Part shown: one piece after another, positions 1 through 12,330 of the stretch | How positions within the stretch are numbered: the stretch's first letter is position 1 | How the letters are laid out: every line of letters starts with the position of its first letter | Assembly (NCBI RefSeq): GCF_006345805.1 | Contig: NW_021835681.1 | Location: 1-39,136, forward strand | Direction: 5' to 3' | DNA from: Octopus sinensis | Taxonomy: Eukaryota | Length of the DNA stretch: 39,136 nucleotides | The notes under the pieces: generated by a model | Database searches by the model: none | Told to the model about the DNA's origin: nothing | What the model saw: the letters and a program-made list of their open reading frames with translations, nothing else | Position numbers and translations under genes: made by a program

Positions 1-239
1 CTGTCTATTCCACGCATTCTTTTCAATATTTCTTTACTGTGGCACCAATTTCTAGTCTTTGATGTCTGTATGTGCATGTATTCTTGAATGCGTTCGAGCC
101 AATATTTAGGAAATTGTAAAACCGCAGCCATATAAATAAACAAAGGATAGCGTCTGACCATGTATTCGCCTGTCGCTATTTAATGCTCTGTATGATTATC
201 CATGTAAAACAAACACATATGCAAATAAACAAGGTCGTA

Positions 240-274
240 AACACACATATACATAGATATATATATATCTATAT

Positions 275-306
<32 letters not shown>

Positions 307-705
307 ATTATATATATGCATGTATGTATGTGGTAGGGTAAATAAATTTATATATACATATGTGTGTATTTGTGAGTATATGTTTGTATAATACGTATGT
401 GTCTATGTTCATATATATATATGCATACATCATGCATGTATGTATGCTAGGTAAATATAATTATTTATATAATATATGAGTATGTGTGAGTATATGTTTG
501 TATAATACGTATGTATCTATGTATATATGTATATATATATATATATATATATGTGTGTGGTGTCTGTATGAGCATATGTTTGTATAATACGTATGCATCT
601 ATGTATATATATATATATAATATATAATATATATATATCATATATTGTATGTATGTATGTATGTATGTATGTATGTATGTAGTATGTATGTATGTATGTA
701 TGTAT
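240..705. repeat. (TA)n/(ATGT)n mosaic containing three copies of a short minisatellite unit
   Basis: GAG(T/C)ATATGTTTGTATAATACGTATG recurs at 374, 488 and 570 within TA/ATGT runs. Confidence 0.85.
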
Positions 706-963
706 GGGGGGTATATTCTACACGCGCACCATTGATACAGATACAGTTTTTCTGTCCTCATTTTTCTATCTCTCCACCTGTTTTTTCTCCTCATCCTTCG
801 GTAGAAGAGCGTAGGCTCGAAATATCAAGACGTGTCCTCTATTTGTCTGCATAATTTGAACTATATATGTATGTGTGTGTTTATTCATACACACACACTT
901 ATATACATGCACATGCGCGCCGCATATACATACATACATATAAATTATTTATATTTATATATA

Positions 964-1009
<46 letters not shown>

Positions 1010-1344
1010 TCTACAGAGTAATATATTGATGCCTTTTTTGTACTCACAATAGTAGGGCTTTCCATTCTGTTCTATTTTATTCCGATAAGCATTGTTGTCA
1101 TAGCTCCAGTTAATTCATTTACAAATTTCTATGGAGCATTTATTATCTGTACACGCACACACACACGCATACATTCACACACACCCATACACAAAGAGAA
1201 AGTGGGGAGAGAGAGAGAGAGTGAGAGAGAGAGAGAGTGAGAGAGAGAGAGAGAGAGAGTGAGAGAGAGAGAGAGAAAGAAGCAGGGAGAGAGAAAGAGA
1301 TAGATATTGCATACAACTTGCGCTGTAATACTTTCCTTCATTAG

Positions 1345-1429
1345 CTGTCACCTAGGGAATACAATGATTTTGACTCCTGCCGACGGGATCTCTCCCTCCA
1401 TCAATACCGTGCATCATCGATGTTACCAG
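1345..1429 (+). CDS. Candidate internal exon, product unknown
   Basis: 85 nt between a pyrimidine-rich acceptor (ctttccttcattag) and a CAG|GTATGA donor. Two frames are open (LSPREYNDFDSCRRDLSLHQYRASSMLP; CHLGNTMILTPADGISPSINTVHHRCYQ). No homology recognised. Confidence 0.3.
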
Positions 1430-1519
1430 GTATGAATTATTTTACAGGTCATCTACTTCCACACTGTAACAAGCTTTGTTTTTCATTTTTCTCTGTTATC
1501 CATTCTGCCGTTGCATCAA

Positions 1520-1549
1520 TGTATGTGTATTCGTATGAATGTATATATG

Positions 1550-1592
<43 letters not shown>

Positions 1593-1870
1593 GAATGTAT
1601 GTATGTATGTATGTATGTATGTGTGTGTGTATGTATGTATGTATGTATGTATCTAAGTATTCATGTATGTACGTGTGTATGTATGTATGTATGTATGCAT
1701 GCATGTATGTATCTAAGTATGCATGTATGTACGTGTGTATGTACGTATGTATGTATGTATGTATGTATGTATGTATGTATGTATGTATGTATGTATGTAT
1801 GTATGTATGTGTATATGTGTGTATGTATGTATGTATGTATGTATGTATATATGCATGCATGCTTGCATGA
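1520..1870. repeat. (TA)n/(ATGT)n compound microsatellite
   Basis: Direct inspection. Confidence 0.95.
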
Positions 1871-1955
1871 GTGTTAGAAAGAAATCGATGATTCACTCAG
1901 TGACTTTCGTTAGCTTTTTCGTGTTGTTTTTGCTTTTCATATATATCTTCCTTAA

Positions 1956-2146
1956 GGTGACGAGCTGGCAAAATGCTTAGTGGCATTTCGTTTGTCTTTA
2001 TGTTCTGAGCTCAAATTCTGCCGCAGTCGACTTTGCCATTCATCCTTTTGTGGTCGATAAAATAAGTACCACTCGAACACTGGACTCGATGTAATCTACT
2101 CACCCGCTCCCCTGGAATTTCTGGCCTTATGTCAAAACTTATAATC
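1956..2146 (+). mobile_element. tRNA-derived SINE, family A (short-tail variant), diverged
   Basis: GAGCTGGCA head, B-box-like GCTCAAATTC, and the central GTCGACTTTGCC.TTCATCCTTT.GGTCGATAAAATAAGTACC block shared with other copies in the window. Confidence 0.75.
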
Positions 2147-3859
2147 AATACATATCTTTCTTGGAGGTCTCGTGCTTACTCTAGAAATGAATATATCTTC
2201 CTTGGACAATCTTCAAGTTTTGCCTACGAAATTCCTAAATAAGACAACTACATCAATAAAAGTTTTATTAATTATTTGTGTTTGTTATGCGCTATAACAT
2301 GTTGCTATAACTCTTTTCTATAGATGCTTAATAAGACAGTGTGAAATTGTAATATTTGCATGACCAGTGAAGCAGTTAAAGTCATGAAGTTTACAATTTT
2401 AATGGTTTTTATATAACTTAGTAAAGTATATAATCGTCTGGTATGATTTTGATGGAGATTCGCCCTGAATGAATTTATCTGATCAAAGTCATGCCGTCTG
2501 TAGTTATTACCATCATTTTCTTAGATATAGTATATCTAGAGTTATATCACCCAATGTGTCATCGTTCATTTTTAAGAAACGAGAAGTTTGTGATTTTAAT
2601 AAGATTCGACAATAATTCTTGCGTATCAAGAAACGACATAGAATCTCCCCTGCCACCTCTTAGAAGTTCTGTCATTGTCTTCACTTTTCTTTTTTCTTCC
2701 ATTCAACGACTTCTATGCCTTTGGTTTGTTATGATGAGATTTTTAATTTCGATCATATTAGTAATACATGATTAACCCTACTTTATAATTAGATTTAATG
2801 CATGCTGTATACTATTAGCGAGGCCTTTTCCGGTGGGTGAGGTAGTATGTTCATCCTTTCTATACAGATAGTCCTTGCTTCATGTTATCATGTTGTTCAC
2901 TTTTTATGTATGGTTTGCTTATGATTATTGATTGTTAAGTATGTTACTCTAATTGTAACATTTTTCTATTACTTTGTCACTTAAATTATTTGTACTTGAC
3001 TAGTGTTTCTTTTTTTCTGTAATATCATTTTGTAGCTTAATGCTAACAGGTATGGACTCAAGGGATTTTTGTATTTGTATAATATACATTAAGTGATGTA
3101 AGCAACGAATTGATCGAGTCATGATAATGTCAGATTAAATGCTTTGCTGTTTTCCATCCGGATTCCTGTACTCTGAGTTCAAATCCCAACCAGATCAAAT
3201 TCACCACCGTTTTTTTTTTTTGTTTATTTAGTTTTTGTTTTGGTGTCGATAAATGAAGTGCCAGCCCTGTATTACGGTAGATTCCTTTCTTCTTGTCTGG
3301 CTATCGTGGTCTTTCTTTTTCTGGAACAAATTAAGTTTTATGTGGAGGGAGATGTCCTCCAGATAAAAAACTACTCAAGAACCTTCTTATGGTACCATGG
3401 TTTCCCTGGTAATGCGTCTAAATTTGAGATCCCAAAATAAAGCAAAGCAATCTTACTGTATTTATTCATGAATATGTCGCATTATTTTTAATTTGATTTT
3501 AACTGGAAAAATTAGATACGACTTATATACAATGCAAAACTATGACTATAAAGGACAAAACCTTTTTAACCATTAAATTAAGGGTGCGATTTATACACGA
3601 GTAAACACGGTAACTAGTGCAAGTAGGAAGTATTTCTGTATATTTTTCAGTATTATCTTAATCGCTTCACTCATAAGAATATTGTCTCAGAGATATTTTT
3701 CATTCTTGATCGGCTCCTTTCAAATTTGCAAAGACTCCTGCCAATAATTGTGTAAAAACAAAACACTTACACACACACATACATACATGCAAATACATGG
3801 AGAAAGCAACGTAAGCTTTCCCCTAACTCCATGAAATAATTCAACAACGTGGCCAGCTT

Positions 3860-4470
3860 ATTAGTCTCTTATCTACTAGGTTAGTAGGTCAGGTGGAACA
3901 GATATATTAAGTATCCGATCCCTTATTCAGCTTGGTTTAAACAACAACAACCGTAATCTGTAAAAGTAATGACTGTCTTTGGCAAAGACTTATTTCAGCA
4001 TCAGTGGTAAGGTACGAAACGTCGATCTCCAGTTCGATTTACCAACCTCTTAATCTAATCGGCCAGTTGCCGCAGATATATTAAGTTTTCTATCAACGCT
4101 TCTCCTGGGGCTAAACAACATCTACAGCCTGTAAAAATAAAATCGGTCTTTGTCACCAAAGACGCATCACAGTGCTGGCCGTAGAGAACGAAACCTCAAC
4201 CTCAAGGTCCCGGCCGACTTACCAGTCTTTTATCAAACAAGTCATTTGTAACCAAAGCATTAAGTATCCCATCCATTATTCCTTTGGGCCAAACAACAAC
4301 AACAACCCCAACCCGTAAAAGTAAAGAGATTGCCCATGCCAAAGCCTACCGCAGTATCAGTGGTAAAATACGAAACCTCGATCTCCAGGTCCGCTTATCA
4401 GTGTTTTAATCTAATAAGCCGGTTGCAACCGACACATTAAATATCCTATTCGCTATTCACACCGTTGGGT
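3860..4470. repeat. Diverged tandem repeat, about 178-bp period, about 3.5 copies
   Basis: ATTAA(G/A)T anchor at 3906, 4080, 4259, 4436. CGAAAC anchor at 4015, 4189, 4371. Shared AAACAACA, GTAAAA and CAAAG blocks. Confidence 0.85.
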
Positions 4471-4667
4471 GACCAATGTATTTTGTCTATAGTCTGATAA
4501 ATGATATATACTTTATTTAATCTAATTTTCTGATCACCTACACGGATACGGTTACTTTCTAGTCCGTCTAAAGTGCTGCCATCCTGCCGTGTATTTTCTT
4601 CGTTTCGTTTGTTAGGTTGTTGGCTTGATCATTATTATTATTATTATTATCATTATTATTATTATTG

Positions 4668-4703
<36 letters not shown>

Positions 4704-5509
4704 CTCGTTTTGATACTGAAGTTTTGAAGCATAATAGCTAATCTGAGAACAGTGGTAATGATTGCTACGGCTTAATGTTGGTACCTCGCCAAAAACAGAC
4801 GCGGTAAACAACCATCGTAAAGTGTTGGCTCGGGGCCAGAAATTCGTGTAATTGATCTTTTATGTTAGAGATTTAATAAAACGGTGAAAGCCTGACATGA
4901 CGTCAGCTCTAGCGATAGTGATTTCTGTTATTTGACTCAAGGGCACCCGGCGAGTGGTCATTACAGGGACAAAATGCAAAAAAATAAAAGGGTTTGGGTT
5001 TACATAGAATCGATGACGAAAAAACAAAAAAGAAACGGATTGAAAATAATGGTATGCAAAAAAAAAGAAATTATCGGGGTGTCTTAAAGGAAGGTAAAAT
5101 GAAACGGGGACAGTAAAGGGGACGTCTTAATAGAGGGGAATTTACTTGAGGCAAATAAAGGACCTTACCTCGGGTCCTGCGTTACTTACACATTTAAGTG
5201 CAAACATCCTTTCCCATCTGTGCAGCTAGTTTCTTCAGTCATAGGTGTATGCAGAGAGTATAAATATCATCAATGTCTACAGGACAGTATTAAATATCTG
5301 TATAATGTTATTCATCCTTGCATACATAAATATGGAGGGTAAATATCATATATATATATATATGTAATCATTGCAGATATAGGGTAAAGAATTATTAATT
5401 TAATAATTAATAAATTTTACAAAGTAGTTTCGGTATGGAAAAAGAACCATTATTGGTAGAAACTTTTACAAAAAGTTTTTTATATATATATATATATAAT
5501 TAAATATAA

Positions 5510-5633
5510 TTAAGGGTTTAGCAGCAATTTGCCTAACCACATAACGAAAATTTAGAAATAGCAGCTATTTCTAATTTTTTTCTATTTCTAAATTTTCGGT
5601 ATGTGGTGAAGCAACTTGTTGCTAAATCTTTAA
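5510..5633. mobile_element. 124-bp palindromic MITE-like element with TTAA at both ends, between TA-rich tracts
   Basis: Arms 5510-5561 and 5582-5633 are reverse complements at 45/52 positions. Confidence 0.55.
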
Positions 5634-5640
5634 CTATATG

Positions 5641-5674
<34 letters not shown>

Positions 5675-5844
5675 TATAACTAAGAGGATACATTGTTTTA
5701 TTCTTTATTTTATTATAACTCCAATAAATATACTACCATCCTCCCCCTTTGTAAGGTTTATTCCATGTTCTTTATATATAAATTCTATCAGATAACGTAT
5801 TGTCAACATACAAAAATATGAACACCTAATTGTATATCTTTTAC

Positions 5845-5930
5845 CAACTCTGATGAGATTCGAGTTTTAAATGGTTTTAATTACGGTAATTAATTTCTAA
5901 AGGTCTGGAATCAAAACAGCTACCAGAGAT
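5845..5930 (+). ncRNA. Decayed type I hammerhead-ribozyme-like motif (Penelope-like LTR remnant)
   Basis: CTGATGA (5850-5856), stem II GATTCGAG/CTGGAATC (7 of 8 pairs), AAAA in place of GAAA, CAGCT, ACC in place of GTC, then AGAG. Core is mutated, so probably inactive. Confidence 0.45.
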
Positions 5931-6102
5931 GATGTCTAATTTATAAATTAATAAATAATTATTAATTTTCTCTCTATTTTCATATCTTCTTAAAATTTAT
6001 ATAAACCACGGATTATCTGCAGCTGAATATTAATTGTAATATTCGACACTTTTTGAATAGGTAAATAGGCAGTATTTTCATTAGACATTATTATCCCTTA
6101 TT

Positions 6103-6385
6103 TGGCTGCCTCCTCTAATGGAAATCCTCATAGATAGAAATCTACGTAGGTTGGGTCACATACACAGGATGGACTACATCAAACTCCCCAAACAAAACCT
6201 TTACTCCCAATTATGCAAGGGGAAAAGAAACCAGAGAAGATCTAGACTGAGATCCAAACATACTGCAAAAAAAGAGGATCATAAAGTGGAAAAGAAATGA
6301 TCATAATAAATGGCAAACCAGTATGGAGAAAGTTTATCAAATCATGCCAAACCCATGAACAGTGACAGTCGTGACGACTGACTGA
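6103..6385 (+). mobile_element. RTE-like LINE 3' fragment (pseudogenised ORF C-terminus)
   Basis: LIDRNLRRLGHIHRMDYIKLPKQNLYSQLCKGKRNQRRSRLR fits the RTE C-terminal pattern LRWLGH..RM...RLPKQ.LY..L..GKR..GRP.LR. Ends in GACGACTGACTGA. Confidence 0.75.
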
Positions 6386-6520
6386 AGATAATATATAATA
6401 TATATATATATATATATAATATAATATATATTATATTATATAATTATATATATAATATAATATATAACTCATACTTACGCACACATATATGTAGAAGATG
6501 TAACAAAACATAAGAGTTTC

Positions 6521-6630
6521 ATTGCAATCTATTTGGTTAAATAATCGTATTAACGTTTCATTAACAACGAAACAGTTACATAGTGTAAACTGTATAATCG
6601 AACTGCATTGTCAAATCATCAGAGCTGTGT
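6521..6630 (-). repeat. Left arm of 110-bp inverted repeat (partner 8574-8683)
   Basis: Ungapped reverse-complement alignment, 99/110 identical by manual count. Confidence 0.9.
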
Positions 6631-6667
6631 AACTCTCATTTGCAGCTGTGACAGTATTTCCTTCATT

Positions 6668-6922
6668 GAGACAGCTTAGTTGTTTGAGTGTTGCACTCAC
6701 GATCTTGTGATCATGGGTTCGATCCCGGAGCGAGCGGCACGTTGTATTCATAAGCAAAATACTTCACTTCGCGTTGTTTTGGTATCATTTCGACATTTGA
6801 CGAGTGACACACTTGAGCATTTGTATTGGTAATATTGATTTGATGGAGGGTGTGAGCGTACGGCACAAACATTTGATCACCATAAATAAATCATATTTTC
6901 AGATCATTCTGCAAAAGCTGAA
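6668..6922 (+). mobile_element. Diverged tRNA-derived SINE, family E
   Basis: A-box-like GCTTAGTTG and B-box GGGTTCGATCCC. 3' block GATTTGATGGAGGG..GAGC..AAACATTTGATCAC.ATAAA also seen near 10055-10110. Confidence 0.55.
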
Positions 6923-6927
6923 CATTC

Positions 6928-7337
6928 GAGTGACTGTGTGGTAAGTAGCTTGCTTACGAACCACATGGTTCCGGGTTCAATCCCACTGCGTGGCACCTTG
7001 GGCAAGTATCTTTTACTATAGCCTCTGGCTGACCAAAGCCTTGTGAGGGGATTGGGTAGACAGAAACTGAAAGAAGCTCGTCATGTATATGTTTATGTAT
7101 GTGTGTGTGTGTGTGTATGTTTGTGTATCTGTATTTGCCCCCCACACACACACGCACACACATCGCTTGATAACCGATGATGGTGTGTTTACATCCCCGT
7201 AGCTTAGCGGTTCGGCAAAAGAGATCCGATAGAATAAGTACTAGGCTTACAAAGAATAAGTCCTGAGGTCGATTTACTCGACTAAAGGCGGTACTCCAGC
7301 ACGGCCGCGGTCAAATGACTGAAACAAGTAAAAGAAA
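6928..7337 (+). mobile_element. Full-length tRNA-derived SINE, family B (CORE-like central block)
   Basis: Head GAGTGACTGTGTGGTAAG, B-box GGGTTCAATCCC, central CCTTGGGCAAGT.TCTT.TACTATAGCC, tail GAAACAAGTAAAAGA. Near-identical copies at 15911 and 33461. Confidence 0.9.
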
Positions 7338-7418
7338 ATATATATATATATATACATATGCATACATACTTACATACATATACATATATATACATATACA
7401 TATATACATATACATATA

Positions 7419-7483
<65 letters not shown>

Positions 7484-7552
7484 TACATATACATATATAT
7501 ATGCATATATATATACATATACATATACATACATATATATATATATACATAT

Positions 7553-7644
<92 letters not shown>

Positions 7645-7778
7645 CCGTGTTATGTTGCGCAAACGTGGAACGTTATTAAATGTACTTAAAATGCTACTAT
7701 TCGGTAATACGACTCGATGCCAGTACAAACTATCGTTTTGAATCCACTTATGTAGATACTCTAACAACGATTTAGAGT

Positions 7779-7836
<58 letters not shown>

Positions 7837-8253
7837 CCTAAATTACAAATGATTGTCATTAACATAGATATGCAGAATCGTTAAAACGTCGGACCAGAAT
7901 TTGACCCCGGTTTTTTACAATCTAAGCTCACCCCTATCCCGTCCACCGTCCACTCTCCGATTAAATAAAATACCAGTCAAGAACTGGATTCTTTGTAATC
8001 GACTAAATCCCTTAGTAACGTTGTCTCCTAGTAATTATGTAAAAGCAAGCAAGAGAAATAAATCAGTGATTGGCTGAGCAATAGCGATCGTGATATTTCT
8101 TTCGATTCTGTACGTTCTAGGTTCCATTCCAATCGAAATCAATATTTCCTTTCCTATCTCCAGGGTCGACAAAATGAAATAGCATAGCAGCCAAATACTG
8201 AGGGTCAGATTATTCGACTTCACCCCTCCTTTATTTTGTTGCATTGTACTTGT

Positions 8254-8573
8254 GAAGGCGCATAGCTCAGTGGTTAGAGCGTCGAGCTTACGATCGTGAG
8301 GTTGTGAGTTCGAATACCGGACCGGTTTGCGTGTTGCGTTCTTGAGCAAGACACTTTATTTTACGTTGCTCTAGTTCACTCAGCTGTAGAAATGAGTTGC
8401 GACGCCACAGGTGCCAAGCTGTATCGGCCCCTTTGCCTTTCCCTTGGATAACACTGGTGGCGTGGAGACGGGAGGCCGGTATGCATGGGCGACTGCTAGT
8501 CTTCCATAAACAATCTTTCCCGGACTTTACCTGGGAGGGTAAATTTCTAGGTGCAATCCCACGGTCAGTCTTG
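8254..8573 (+). mobile_element. tRNA-derived SINE, family D
   Basis: A-box TAGCTCAGTGG and B-box GAGTTCGAATACC, then CTTGAGCAAGACACTT CORE-like block. No intact cloverleaf. Confidence 0.8.
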
Positions 8574-8683
8574 ACGCAGCTCTGATGATTTGACAATGCA
8601 GTTCGTTTAGACAGTTTACGCTATGTAACTGTTCTGTTGTTAATGAAACGCTCATAAGATTATTTAACCAAATAGGTTGTAAT
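8574..8683 (+). repeat. Right arm of 110-bp inverted repeat (partner 6521-6630)
   Basis: See left arm. Confidence 0.9.
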
Positions 8684-8705
8684 ATACTTTACTTGTATAT
8701 ACTAG

Positions 8706-8814
8706 TCGAGGTCGACTTTGCTTTTCATCCTTTCGGGGTCAATGAGACAAGTAGCAGTTAAGCACTGGGGTCGATATAATTTCAGGCTTTGTGTGTTTCT
8801 ATAGTAGAAAGAAT
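8706..8814 (+). mobile_element. 5'-truncated SINE family A, short tail
   Basis: GAGGTCGACTTTGCTTTTCATCCTTTCGGGGTCAAT...CTATAGTAGAAAG. Confidence 0.75.
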
Positions 8815-8923
8815 TTTTCCTTACACTAGGAAAATATCAGACGAGGAAACGAGAAAATCATTTTGCGGTCGAGCGATCTTAGTCTGCCATCTCAAGAAAA
8901 GAATGACAGATTAATATACTTCA

Positions 8924-9520
8924 GTGAGCTGGCAGAAACGTTAGTACAACGGGCGAAATGCTTAGTGGTATTTCGTCTGCCGCAACGTTCTGAGTTCAAA
9001 TTCCGCCAAGGTCGACTTTTCTTTTTATCCTTTCGGGGTCGATTAAATAAGTACCAGTTACGTACGGGGTCGATATAATCGATTTAATCTGTTTGTCTGT
9101 CCTTGTTTGTCCCCTCTGTGTTTGGCCCCTTGTGGGCAGTAAAGAAATAGGTATTTTGTCTGCCGCTACGTTCTGAGTTCAAATTCCGCCGAGGTCGACT
9201 TTGCCTTTCATTCTTTCGGGGGTCGATTAAATAAGTACCAGTTATGCAATGGGGTCGATGTAATCGACTTAATCCGTTTGTCTGTCCTTGTTTGTCCTCT
9301 CTGTGTTTAGCCCCTTGTGGGTAGTAAAGAAATAGGTATTTTGCCTGCTGCTACATTCTGAGTTCAAATTCCGCCGAAGTCAACTTTGTCTTTCATCCTT
9401 TCGGGGTCGATAAATTAAGTACCAGTTACGCACTGGGGTCGATATAATCGATTTAAACTCTTTGTCTATCTTTGTTTTTCCTCTCTATGTTTAGCCGCTT
9501 GTGGGCAATAAAGAAATAAG
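8924..9520 (+). mobile_element. SINE family A head-to-tail trimer (one headed monomer plus two 185-bp headless monomers)
   Basis: Junctions AAAGAAATAG|GTATTTTG at 9150/9151 and 9335/9336. Last monomer ends CAATAAAGAAATAAG. Confidence 0.9.
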
Positions 9521-9524
9521 AATA

Positions 9525-9920
9525 GTTAGTACACCGGTCAACATGCTCAGCAACATTTTATCCGGCTTTACGTTCTAAGTTCAAATCCCACCGAGATCAA
9601 CTTTGCCACTCATCCTTTCGCGGTCAATAAATTAATTACCCGTAGAGCACAGAGGTCAATATAATCGAATGACCTCCCCCTACGAACTTACTGACTTTCT
9701 TCCCCGCGTTGGCAGAATCGTTAGCACGCTGCGCACAATGCCCAGCAGCATTTCATCCCTCTTAAAGTTCTGAGTTCAAATTCTGTCGAGGTTGACTTCG
9801 CTTTTTTATTCTTTATGCGGGGCTGGGGGCGATAAAATAAGTACCGATTGAGGACTGGAGATAATACGATCGCCTTACCCTCTCCTCCGAATATGTTGGC
9901 CTTATGTCAGATTTTCTAAC
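9525..9920 (+). mobile_element. Two further diverged family A SINE copies
   Basis: GTTCTAAGTTCAAATCCC and GTTCTGAGTTCAAATTC B-boxes, each followed by a degenerate central block. Confidence 0.7.
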
Positions 9921-10219
9921 CAATCTGTTTTGAATGTGTATATGGGCGTGTCAGTGAATGAATGTGTTTGGAAACTACATACATATATACATACATACGT
10001 ACATTCGTTATCTGATATGTGGCACACATCGTGCACCTGTACAGGTAATGCCGATTTTATGGAAGGAGTGAGCTTATGTGTATAAAAAACATTTGATCGC
10101 TATAAACAAATCGTCTTTGTGGTTATTCGGTAAGAAATTGCCGAACCCACCCTCATGCGTCATCTAACGACATATATATATATATATTATGTATATATGT
10201 TACATATATATACATATAC

Positions 10220-10267
<48 letters not shown>

Positions 10268-10449
10268 CTATCAAACTATCTATCTATCTATCTTTTTATA
10301 TATTTATCTATCTATCTATCTATCTATCACTACACACACATACACACACACACACACACACAAGATTAGGCTTATGAGAATTTATATACGCGTGTATATG
10401 TTAATAGATTTATTTTAGTGTGTTTGTGAGAATGGACGCAAAGCTTGAC

Positions 10450-10493
<44 letters not shown>

Positions 10494-10516
10494 TGCCAAA
10501 CAGACAGATAGATATG

Positions 10517-10780
10517 TATCTTTATTAGCCACAGAGGGCTGAACACAGAGGGGACAAATCACAAAGTAGAGCTTTTCTTTTGGGGGAAAAAAACAGAAGT
10601 GGGGTAGGTTTTCGATCAAAAGGGATCGTAAAAAGAAAGAAAAAAAAACATCAATAGGGGTCGTGTATCACAGAAATGTCATGATGTAAAGTGTAAAGGT
10701 GAAAGCAGATAAGGTTTATCTGTGGAAAGAAAAGCGTAATGAAAAGACCACGGTAACCTCGGTCAATAATGTCACATGTT
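10517..10780 (-). mobile_element. Headless interspersed repeat (element X), copy 1, sharing its 3' tail with SINE A
   Basis: Homologous to 10944-11277. Minus-strand 3' end TTTGTCCCCTCTGTGTTCAGCCCTCTGTGGCTAATAAAGA. Confidence 0.7.
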
Positions 10781-10849
10781 AACACATTTATTTGCAAGTA
10801 AGTAACTGTCCGTTTTAAATTTTTCCGAGTTCATAGGATTAGATAGAGT

Positions 10850-10868
10850 GACAGACAGATAGACACAC

Positions 10869-10934
<66 letters not shown>

Positions 10935-10943
10935 ATAGATATG
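10850..10943. repeat. (GATA)n microsatellite
   Basis: Direct inspection. Confidence 0.95.
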
Positions 10944-11277
10944 TTTCTTTATTAGCCACACAGGGCTGCACACAGACAGAACAAATTACAAGGTAGAACT
11001 TTTCTTTTGGGGGTAAAAAAAAGGGGGGGATGGTTTTCGATCAAAAGGGATCGTAAAAGGAAAGAAAGAGGACAAAAAAAGGGGAGGATTTTTTTAAAAA
11101 AGGTGGGGAGGGGAAAAAAAAAAGAAAACGGGAGAGGAAAAAAAAGTTGATCAATAGGGATCGTAATCACAGAAATGTCAATATGAAGTGTAAAGGGGAG
11201 GACAGGTGAAGTTTACCCGTGGAAGGAAAAGCCTACGGAAAAGACCACGGTAACCTCGGTCAATGAAGTCACATGTT
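10944..11277 (-). mobile_element. Element X, copy 2
   Basis: Same two ends as copy 1 (TCTTTATTAGCCAC ... GACCACGGTAACCTCGGTCAAT..GTCACATGTT). Flanked by (GATA)n on both sides. Confidence 0.7.
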
Positions 11278-11454
11278 ATTAGATAGATAGATAGATAGAT
11301 AGATTTAATGTATACATATTATCTGAGAAACTGACCGATAAATGGTTTTGCAAAATAATATACGAAAGTAAATCTGTAAGTGCATGATTACTTGTGTACA
11401 CGATACGTACACTTTCGTGTCATTCTATGTGGGAGTAAGCATGTAAATATGTAC

Positions 11455-12330
<876 letters not shown>

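Noticed and set aside
1-240. Possible GIY-YIG remnant on the minus strand
   Set aside because: Motifs need several frameshifts and the key residues are not recoverable.
8254-8330. SINE heads (also 6928, 28759, 34085) as real tRNA genes
   Set aside because: A and B boxes are present, but there is no closing acceptor stem or terminator and they continue into SINE bodies.
9151-9335. Retrozyme (hammerhead) interpretation of the SINE A monomer
   Set aside because: No CTGANGA core on either strand of the monomer.
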